DNA of 64,000 nucleotides from Schmidtea polychroa (lineage: Eukaryota). Shown piece by piece: positions 1-8,503 of this stretch; position 1 is the stretch's first letter; each line of letters starts with the position of its first letter. The translations under genes and the position numbers were made by a program. The stretch spans positions 33,110,001-33,174,000 of the forward strand of contig CM097885.1 in NCBI GenBank assembly GCA_044892525.1. Reading direction: 5' to 3'. A model generated the notes under the pieces. It was given only the letters and a program-made list of their open reading frames with translations. It ran no database searches and had not been told where the DNA came from.

Positions 1-590
1 TAACCATGCCATTTGACATAGTATTGTTTATCCTTACCGACCTTTTTAGTTTTCAATATTTTTTGAATTCTAAATACTTTTGGGGGAGGAATGACTTGTA
101 ATTCCTGCTCATAAAATTTCCCTTGTACAATATTATTATCATTGTCTTTGATGACATACATTACAGGATTCTGTTTAGTATTTATTTTTGAAATTACAAA
201 GACTTCATCACTCCAATTTGTATCAAAATTTTTAATAAATGGTGATGCACTAATTTTACTAATTCTAACATGGTCACCGACTTTATATTTAGGTTTTGCA
301 ATTTTTACAGATTTCTTAGAAGTCAATGATGTTTTTGATGTAATATCAACCGGTCTCAATCCATTCAGTCCTCGATGTGATGAATGATTATAACTTGTTA
401 TTATTTTCGGTAAAGCATTTACCCATTTTTTATTACCTTGATGCACGAACAATTTCTTTAATCGATCTCTCAATGTTCGATTAAATCTTTCAACATGGGC
501 AGCTTTGTATTGAGAATGTACCGAGTAGTGATTTATTTTCAGTTTATCGAGGATTTGCTTAACTTTGCTATTGTAGAATTCTTTACCTAA

Positions 591-664
<74 letters not shown>

Positions 665-1052
665 CTAAATCTGTTTGCAAGTTATTAGGATGTCCATCTT
701 TAAATAAAATATTAATTGCCTTGGACATTTCATCTGCAGATTTTGCCTTGACCGGTATTTCTCGTGCAAACCTGCTGTATACATTAATACATGTTAAAAT
801 ATATTTATTCCAATTGTTAATTTTCGAATATGGTATCATCTCCATCAAATCCATTTGCCATAAATCGTAAATACCAAATGTTTTATACGCTCTTGTTGGA
901 AATCCTTTCCGCATTGGTTTGTTCAAACTGTACGCAAGCTGATCTGATAACCACTTCTGGGTTTCTTTTTTCGAATTCGGAACTCTTTTGTTTAATTTTG
1001 CCACTCCACCGAAACCGGCTTCGTCTTCTGGGTTCGTCCAAATCTTCTCCAT
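1..1052 (-). CDS. Polinton retroviral-like (DDE) integrase with C-terminal chromodomain; putative intron 587-664; runs off the window
   Basis: Manual translation: MEKIWTNPEDEAGFGG..WQMDLMEM..YILTCINVYSRFA..LQTDLG^KEFYN..KAAHVERFNRTL..YNHSSHR..VGDHVRI..NWSDEVF..GKFYEQELQ..YYVKWHG. The intron has GT at 664-663 and AG at 588-587. Confidence 0.9.
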
Positions 1053-1113
1053 TACAACAAGAAGATTTAAAATTAAATTTAATGTCGGGCAATGAAGGAT
1101 TAGCACCCATTGT

Positions 1114-1647
1114 TTATGATTGATTTCCTACAACCCCACCTAATAATGATAATGCCAGAGGTATCAATGCACCAATAAATCCACCTTGTTGTTTATATAT
1201 AATTTTTCTCATTTGCTTACGATTTTTATTATTTACTAAAGATAATAAAGGTTTCCTATGTTTGCTCAATAAATGCTTTTTTGATTTACTGATTTTAATT
1301 TTGCCTTTGACTACTTTAAGTATAATATTGAGTAAATCATCGACAACAAAGTTTGGGAATGATTGCAATATATTCATTCTTTTCATACTCGGAGCCTTTA
1401 ACAATGCATTAAAAAATGGAAAACTGCGATGATTTTTAACTACTTTTTTACAGGTTTTACGAGTTTTACGGGTTTTACGTTTAGGTTTAGGATTTTTCGA
1501 AATAAGATTCATTGCAGAAAAATCTTCAGTTACAAGTTTTTTAGACGGTGTATAACTAGTTGTTGGTGGAACTTTTGGAACTTTAATACTCTTTCTAATA
1601 CTTTTTCTTAATTTCCTAATATTTTTCACCCTTGCTTTTAGAAACAT
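1114..1647 (-). CDS. Basic virion core/pVII-pX-like Polinton protein
   Basis: Lys/Arg-rich 177 aa ORF ending in QQGG-FIGALIPLALSLLGG (adenain-type GG cleavage motif plus amphipathic helix). It lies between ATPase and integrase, as is typical of Polintons. Confidence 0.75.
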   Translation of the reverse strand: MFLKARVKNIRKLRKSIRKSIKVPKVPPTTSYTPSKKLVTEDFSAMNLISKNPKPKRKTRKTRKTCKKVVKNHRSFPFFNALLKAPSMKRMNILQSFPNFVVDDLLNIILKVVKGKIKISKSKKHLLSKHRKPLLSLVNNKNRKQMRKIIYKQQGGFIGALIPLALSLLGGVVGNQS

Positions 1648-1665
1648 TATTATTCATAGAGGTTT

Positions 1666-2292
1666 TCAACTTTGTTTATAAACCATGGCACCTTTTGGGT
1701 TGAAAATATCTGTTTTTACTCGTAAATCATCGGGACATTGTTGTGTGAAATCAAGAAATATATATCCATGAGGTATTTTTGTAGCATCTTGAAATGCACT
1801 GATAAGAAAATTACGATTGTTTGGGTATGCTTGACGTGCAAGAAAATCAATCACTGTTGCATCTCTAGGATTCTTGAAAATATCTAAATATTGTACATTT
1901 AAATTACGTGTTCGATGTGCCCCACCTTGATGAAATAGATTTTGTGTTATGAAAATAACTGTTACACCGACATATCTGCTGATCTTTGTAAATAAATTAT
2001 TAAAATCTTTTTCTTTATTAGCTTCTTGATACAAATCATCGATAATAATGACATCACCTTTCTTTAATCGGCTGGACCAGTTTTTATCGAATCCCTTTAC
2101 TATTTTCATGTTTTTTAATTTACAGAAACTTGATTGAGTTAATCCATGTTCTTCATCAGCACCCCTATGCCAATAAATCCTGTTGAATTTTGATTTGAAT
2201 AAATCTGATTTTAGTAATTTACAAACCAATAATGTTTTTCCACTACCACTCGGACCAACGATTTGGTATACTGCATCATTTCTTAATTCCAT
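1666..2292 (-). CDS. Polinton DNA-packaging ATPase (A32/FtsK-like)
   Basis: Walker A GPSGSGKT, Walker B IIIDD, VIFITQNLFHQG..RTRNLN, FKNPRD, PHGYIFLD. Confidence 0.93.
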   Translation of the reverse strand: MELRNDAVYQIVGPSGSGKTLLVCKLLKSDLFKSKFNRIYWHRGADEEHGLTQSSFCKLKNMKIVKGFDKNWSSRLKKGDVIIIDDLYQEANKEKDFNNLFTKISRYVGVTVIFITQNLFHQGGAHRTRNLNVQYLDIFKNPRDATVIDFLARQAYPNNRNFLISAFQDATKIPHGYIFLDFTQQCPDDLRVKTDIFNPKGAMVYKQS

Positions 2293-2391
2293 TTCAAAAA
2301 TTTTATATATGTGTATTTGTTTATATTCGATGATTTAATGAACTCGTGCTCAATTTGTATATAAAGACTAATTTTCATAAATGATTTAATA

Positions 2392-2829
2392 ATGTTAGCA
2401 AATATAAATTATCGAGGAAATTTTGATGTATCGAATATGAGGTTCCCACCAGGGAAACCCCAGCAAATTATCGATAGAAGCGGGAAATATCCGATAATAT
2501 TTTTCAAGACTGGTAAATGCAGAATCATGGGATGTAAGAAACCCTTGGATATTAATAAATTACAATATCGAATAAATAATATTATAATCCAATCAATTAC
2601 CGTTACTATGGATATGGGACATAGTATCAATCTATATAACATGTCGAAAAAATGTGATTGTATGTTTGAACCGGAATTGTTTCCGGCACTAAGACTATTA
2701 AAATATAACCCTATATGTGTCAACGTGTTTGCTAGTGGAAAGGTTGTCATGCTGGAGTTGAGAAATTTGGAGTATAGAGAATTTGTTGACAATGTTCGAA
2801 ATGAGATAATTTCATTGGTCGATTTCTAA
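2392..2829 (+). CDS. TATA-binding-protein-like protein carried by the Polinton
   Basis: Two TBP half-repeats: IIFFKTGKCRIMGCK, and QSITVTMDM..INLY..FEPELFPAL..VNVFASGKVVML (compare TBP YEPELFPGL..IFVSGKVVLTG). 145 aa with no N-terminal extension. Confidence 0.85.
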   Translation: MLANINYRGNFDVSNMRFPPGKPQQIIDRSGKYPIIFFKTGKCRIMGCKKPLDINKLQYRINNIIIQSITVTMDMGHSINLYNMSKKCDCMFEPELFPALRLLKYNPICVNVFASGKVVMLELRNLEYREFVDNVRNEIISLVDF

Positions 2830-3175
2830 TTGGTTAATTTCTAATTGGTTATTGATTGATTTAAACAAACGGTTTTTTGCTTAGGATTCATTTATTCAAC
2901 AACATGTACAAAATTCCGAGCGCCACTCAAATTAGAATAATGGAGGTATTCCATCAATTTTTATGGGATGTTAAGATCAACAGAACAATGAAGCAAATGG
3001 AGCCGGAGTACCAATGCATCATCGGATGCTCATGCTGTGCCGATCGATATCGGCGATATGTCGAATGGGAGTTAGTGAAAACTCTGAGAAGGTTTCACAA
3101 CTCCCGGATTGTAGATTTAGGTTATCAATAAATGTATTTTTTATTGTGTTTTTTCTTTTTTTTTTATATTTGAAA

Positions 3176-3278
3176 TAATAATAGTAATAATAGTAATAAT
3201 AATAATAATAATAATATAAATAGAAATAATAATAATAGAAATAATAATAGAAATAATAATAGAAATAGTAATAATAAA

Positions 3279-3362
<84 letters not shown>

Positions 3363-3400
3363 GAAATAGAAATAATAAAACATTAATAAAAATAATATGT
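3176..3400. repeat. (AAT)n / AATAGA microsatellite
   Basis: Direct reading. Similar (AAT)n tracts lie at ~7570-7725, 23835-23920, 25110-25205, 29055-29132, 44245-44350, 47580-47716 and 51530-51692. Confidence 0.95.
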
Positions 3401-3429
3401 CACATTAATAGCACATAAATACAGCATTA

Positions 3430-3507
3430 ATGCAAATGACATGCAAATTTAAACAAAGACATGCTATAATCTGATTGGTTGATAGGCATGAGTCAAAGGT
3501 ATAAAAA
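3430..3507 (+). promoter_or_regulatory. Pol II promoter module: tandem octamer (ATGCAAAT x2), CCAAT box, AP-1 site (TGAGTCA), TATA
   Basis: ATGCAAATGACATGCAAAT at 3430-3448, then CTGATTGGTT, ATGAGTCA and TATAAAA upstream of the ATG at 3541. A second octamer pair lies at 4011-4029. Confidence 0.55.
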
Positions 3508-3540
3508 CCCTGTAACATTTCAATTTCATCATTATTCACT

Positions 3541-3950
3541 ATGACCAAGAAAATTTCAATCACCGAAAAACCTAAAGAAATGGTACAACCAGTTCAAATG
3601 TTCCACAACTACAAAATGTATTTTTTGAAAGAAGAAATCAATATGAAATTGGTTGCACCAGTCAAGCTAATTCCAACTAAATTTAAATTCTTATCCGGCA
3701 CGCTTTCAATGATTGATGTCAAAACTATTGATGATGTTTTTAAACGGATAGATTCGAATCTATCGTGAAATCAACATGCATGGTTCAACAATAGATATGC
3801 AAGATTTTATGATGCTTTTGATGAAATCAGTTTCAAAGAAAATGAAAATTGGTATATAACAATTGCAATCCAGGATATAAAGTTGATAATAATGATGTAT
3901 ATTCTCCTATTTGGAAAATTATGTCTGCTAGACTTTCACAAATATTTTAA
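3541..3950 (+). pseudogene. Polinton accessory gene (disrupted copy of the 136-aa ORF at 32357-32767)
   Basis: Near-identical to the reverse complement of 32357-32767, but with an in-frame TGA at 3766-3768 and a later frameshift. Confidence 0.75.
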
Positions 3951-4076
3951 TGTTATATTTAATAAATGTATTAGTCATATTTGTTTTTCTCTTTATTAAT
4001 TGCAACATAAATGCAAATGACATGCAAATTTAACAAAGAAAATCTATAAACAAACTTATAATATAGTTTTAAAGTG

Positions 4077-4483
4077 ATGAAAATGACTGCAGAAAAAGGT
4101 TAACATGATTAATTAATTACCGAATTATTTATTATTTAGAATTTGTAATCAACTTTTTGTTGGAAAAGTTAGCAGAAATATCTGGTGTGAAAATTGAGGA
4201 CATATTATCTATTACAAATGCCTTAAATATCGGCTGGTTAGTTGAGAGTCAAGATACAGGATTTGATGATGAGGAAGAAACTCAAGAAATTGATGAGGAA
4301 GAAACTCAAGAAATTGTTGAGGAAATCTATGAACCTATAGATGAAACTATAGATGAACCTGTAGAGGAACCTATAGAGGAACCTAAAGATGAACCTAAAG
4401 ATAATATTACGAATGATTGTATTGATCATGTCGTTGAAAATATAATGAAATGTGGAGATGACGACTGTGAATGTGTTAATTAA
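4077..4483 (+). CDS. Acidic repeat-containing Polinton protein; putative intron 4099-4139
   Basis: ATG AAA ATG ACT GCA GAA AAA G^GT...TTTAG^AA splices in frame with ORF 4157-4483 (DEEETQEI and EEPI repeats, ending CGDDDCECVN). The same splice signals are present in copy 2. Confidence 0.65.
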
Positions 4484-4560
4484 TAAATTTTAGTTAATTA
4501 GTGTTTGTAAATTTATTTAAAATTTTATTTAAAAATCAAACAAAATAACTATATTAATTT

Positions 4561-5075
4561 TTATTTAAAAAACCGGCATAAAACATACAAAATAGCAACA
4601 CGTGTTGCAAGTTTTAAATAGTTTTTAAATTTGATTTTCTGTTGATCTATTTCCTTCGCATTTCTGGCGAGTTGATTCAGCACGCCCCATCCGCCATTGG
4701 CTTCAATCCATGGCTGAAACTTTGACTTGATTATCTAGAAAAAAAATATTAATAAAATATAGATTATAAAAGTATTACTTCTTGAGACCACTGATAATAA
4801 TGTTCAGAGTCCCATAAACTTCTTTCGATTATGATCTTCATATAAGCGAACCCTACTAGTATTCGGGTCCACTTCATCTCTTCGTCGCATAGACAGTTAA
4901 AAATCCTATGAAAATAGAATTTTTTCGTTTCGAGGCATTCGGAATTGAGCACATCCTCATAATCAATATGATTTCCTTCTATAATCTTTTCGGTCCGATC
5001 GACCAGGAAACTGAGGCTTTCCATAATATTCTTATTGATAAGTTCGCTTAAAAGATTTTCCATAAAATGAGACAT
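4561..5075 (-). CDS. Bcl-2 family apoptosis regulator, two exons (5075-4779, 4734-4561)
   Basis: BH1-like EMKWTRILVGFAY in exon 1, then a 44-nt GT-AG intron at 4735-4778. Exon 2 gives BH2 FQPWIEANGGW and a hydrophobic C-terminal tail VAILYVLCRFFK*. Confidence 0.85.
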
Positions 5076-5180
5076 TTCTACAATAATTTAAAATATGATG
5101 TTTGATTTATACTAATACCGTATGAATTTGATTGGTTGATAGACTATAAATGTAAAAGAAAGGTTTTGATTTGATACACC

Positions 5181-5681
5181 ATGAAAACTATATTCATATT
5201 GCTAATTATTATAACGAGTGTGTGCTCACACAATACAACAATAACAGTGGAGTCTTTTAATAAATCAATATGTGTTTGTCCGAATACAGCCAAGTTGATG
5301 GATATTTTATATATTCTTGACAAACCAAAATGGTCAAAGCATCCAGGAAAAAGAATATCTCAAAGATTGGAGAATTTAGAAAACAGTTATGAACTATCAT
5401 TTGCATATATACAAAATATAAAAATTAAATTGATTGATCATATTGAAGTTTTCAATAACTCTATTGTTGAAAATAAAAAGAATATGAAAATTATTAATAA
5501 GAAGCATGATTATTTGTTAAAAAAGATCGAATTATTATTAAGAGAAATTCAAACAATCAAAGGATCAATAGAATATCTGAAAATCAATTCAACGTTACCA
5601 ATTTCAAACAATATTGCTGCGAATAGTAGTACATCAATATTTAGTTTACCTTTGTTAATTTTACATTATTTTATTGTTTAA
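5181..5681 (+). CDS. Secreted or membrane-anchored coiled-coil glycoprotein (Polinton cargo)
   Basis: N-terminal signal-like MKTIFILLIIITSVCS, several N-x-S/T sites, heptad-like middle, Ser/Ala-rich spacer and hydrophobic C-terminus. CCAAT and TATA motifs upstream at ~5130-5150. Confidence 0.65.
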   Translation: MKTIFILLIIITSVCSHNTTITVESFNKSICVCPNTAKLMDILYILDKPKWSKHPGKRISQRLENLENSYELSFAYIQNIKIKLIDHIEVFNNSIVENKKNMKIINKKHDYLLKKIELLLREIQTIKGSIEYLKINSTLPISNNIAANSSTSIFSLPLLILHYFIV

Positions 5682-5711
5682 ATAAATGTATGTTTTGTTG
5701 ATTTGTTTAAT

Positions 5712-6093
5712 AATACCCTTGTGAGTTGTTGAGTGTGAGCAGTACCCTTGTGAGCATTACCCTTGGGAATTTGACTTTGGGAATGACCTTGGATGAGTCA
5801 TATGACCTTGAGAATGACCTTGAATAAGTCATGGTCTTTGTTTAAATGACCCTGAAAAAAATTGACCTTGATGAGTCATATGTTTTTGTTCTACAGTTGA
5901 CCTTGAAAATTTAATGAGTCATAGGATGAGTCATGGTCTTTGTTTCAATGACCTTGATGAGTCATATGTCTTTGTTCTACAGTTGACCTTGAAAAAAATG
6001 TACTTTTAGGCTTAGAAAAATTTTTTACGCCCGGGGGGGAGGGGGGTATTGTGCCAGCGGAGTCCTGTTCTTGTGGTGCCCAATCCATCTACT
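5712..6093. repeat. Right terminal repeat of Polinton A with TGACCTTG and ATGAGTCAT arrays
   Basis: Multiple TGACCTTG and GATGAGTCAT motifs, a poly-G tract and terminal CTACT. Same architecture as 24080-24367 and 47755-48705. Confidence 0.8.
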
Positions 6094-7150
6094 AATCAAA
6101 AACACCATCATTCAAACTAGCGCAATCATTCAAAATCATACAACCCTTACTCATATCATGAATTACCTTTAATTTATTGCTCCGATCACCTCCTTGTGTG
6201 ATGGAGCATTCCCGTTTGGGTACTCAAATCAGCCTCTGGATCCTCGTCACCGAATGCGGTCACTTTTTTATGAAATTTTTGTCGTCTGTCTGGAAATAAC
6301 TCATGGCACTGATATTTGAAATGTCCTGTTCTTTTACAATGGGGACATTGAATATTGGAGCATTCAGATCTTCTATGACCTTTTTCGTGGCACGCCCAAC
6401 ATCCCAAAAATTTGATTTGTTCGGATATGATTTTGAGAAAGAAATTCCCTGGTATTATAAGGCTTACTTCTATTTATAGGTTTCAATCCATTTGAAATAG
6501 TACATCGATGTTCTCTTGTAAATTCGCCTTTGAATCTTGGATTAGCTTCTAGTTCTCTAATTGATCTGTTATCATAACCATTATCTTCTTAACAACATCA
6601 GCATAGCGTTGGGTTTTATTCATTGAAGCTACATCAGCATGAAATACATTAATTTCTTTTGAAACTTGATCGTGTTTCTATAATCTGTCTTTCATTTCAT
6701 CAAATGATTTTAAATCTTGCATTTTGAGATTTTTTCAACTTCTTTATTTTCAAGCGAATTGAATAGCAAAAATTTCTTTAGTTCTTCTTCCTCAAGTTTA
6801 TGCTTCAAAATATTTTTTGCAATTTTCTCAATTTTTGAGCAGAATTCTTAGGCAACATCATTTCCTTCATGATAATTTAACGCTTCGTTAAAATGATAGA
6901 TAAGACTTCTGTTCTTAGCAAAAGCGTTTCATAATCTTTCTGTATAATGCAGAGTTTCATTTGTCAACTCATATTTCTTAGTTGAATTGATTGATAGAAA
7001 AGCTTTACTTCTGTCTTCATCGACAATATTTGTCATCTCGAAGAATCGTTTCGTTTCTAAGATGAAATCTTCCACATCTGAATCCATATAATATGTTTCT
7101 GGTGGTTTGATAAAATTTTCAATCGTGGTAGCCATATTAGCCACAGAGCT
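6094..7150 (-). pseudogene. Degenerate Gypsy gag with two CCHC zinc knuckles
   Basis: CWACHEKGHRRSEC and CPHCKRTGHFKYQC. The N-terminus IKPPETY..DVEDFILETKRFFE is related to the gag at 42905-44002. Stops and frameshifts present; truncated at the Polinton end. Confidence 0.8.
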
Positions 7151-7582
7151 ATTAATAGAAAGGTATTAAAAGAATCCATAACTAAAACTACATTAACACG
7201 TTTATTAATAAAATGCAAATATTATTAAAACAAATTATAACGTTAATTTGTTTGAGGAGTTTCGAAAAAATAATAATTAATGTATAAGTAAGGATTTCAA
7301 CAAACAATCAAACATGCACAACATCATACCATTATTTTAATACAAATTACAAAACGCCTCACAGATTTTAAATAATTAAAATAATATATTTAAATTAAAG
7401 AAAATTAGTGTAACAATTTAAAATAAGTAAATTAAAGTAATAATTTAAATTTATAGTCAGTTATTTTGAAAACCCGATAGCAAATTTTTTATGAATTAAT
7501 TTTCAAAGAATATTTTTTAAAGCAAAGTTTTATGAAATAAATTTTTTTGAATATTAATAATATTAATAATGTAAATAATATT

Positions 7583-7727
<145 letters not shown>

Positions 7728-7898
7728 GAAGCTAAATCAAATTTGTTCAGCTTGTGCAGATTTTTTTAGGATAATTTGTTTCTAATATCAGTGAAGTTTA
7801 TTTTATCAGTAAAAGTTAGGAAATTTGTGATCTTTTTGTAGAAATTAAACTGTTTTTGTTGAGTTTCTTAATATCATTGAAAACATGAGAAATTAGAC

Positions 7899-8503
7899 CA
7901 GAGGTGGGGAACCTGCGGCCTTTTGAGTAATACCGATTTTTTTATTTTTTGGTAATTTTTTGCGTGGTTTCACTTTACGCGATCGAGAAAAAATGTTTAT
8001 GATGCATATGCCGCTTCACATGCTTTTTATTTATTCGTAGTTATACTCCTCGGTTTTCAGCAAAATTACGAAATTTTATGATTTTAAGAAAAATTGAGCC
8101 ATTTTTTGATATTTAAGGAAAATTATGCTATTTTTTTGTTTTTAAGAAAAACTGAGCTATTTTTTTTAAATAAAATAAAATCTGTGCTGTTTTCTTTATC
8201 ATTTCAAAAAACGTGTTATTTCTTTATGAAACATTAACAAATATTTTTAATGATGTACAATGTATATATGTATTATGTTTTATGTATGTATAACATTTTT
8301 TTAACAATATACAATATAATAAATTAGATTTGTAAATATATATTTTTTTCATAAAAGATTATTTTAAATTGCGTTTTGGCTAATTTATAATGTGAATTAA
8401 AATAAATAGTTTATAAGGGAGTTAACGTTTTATTTACTGCGGCCTTATGTTAAATCAGATAAGTGAATGTGGCCTTTTGAAATGAAAAGGTTCTCCAGCC
8501 CTG
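7899..8503. mobile_element. Non-autonomous hAT (Charlie-like) element
   Basis: Imperfect TIRs CAGAGGTGGGGAACCT...AGGTTCTCCAGCCCTG with subterminal TGCGGCC/GTGGCC motifs. TSD not conserved. Confidence 0.6.

Larger units (their letters stand above)
1..6093. mobile_element. Polinton/Maverick (adintovirus-like) family A, copy 1; right arm, left part outside the window
   Basis: Integrase, basic core protein and A32-like ATPase in tandem on the minus strand. A subterminal repeat array at ~5760-6050 ends in ...CAATCCATCTACT, resembling the ...ACTACT Polinton terminus. It abuts a Gypsy gag remnant. Confidence 0.9.

Noticed and set aside
883..1110. ORF MGANPSLPDIKFNFKSSCC, recurring at 33976 and 50122-50310
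   Set aside because: Mostly an alternative-frame overlap of the integrase start, with different 3' ends in each copy. A short myristoylated peptide or upstream exon cannot be excluded, but it is unsupported.
2877..3131. Small ORF (MYKIPSATQIRIMEVF..CIIGCSCC) in the Polinton cassette
   Set aside because: Possibly a real small gene (ATTGG boxes upstream, AATAAA at the stop), but I recognise no family and only its first codons recur at ~23537.
3019..3282. Poly-Tyr, poly-Ile and poly-Asn ORFs here and at 7547, 23800, 34902, 36883, 44220, 47530, 51467 and 60837
   Set aside because: Translations of (AAT)n or (TA)n microsatellites; no coding evidence.
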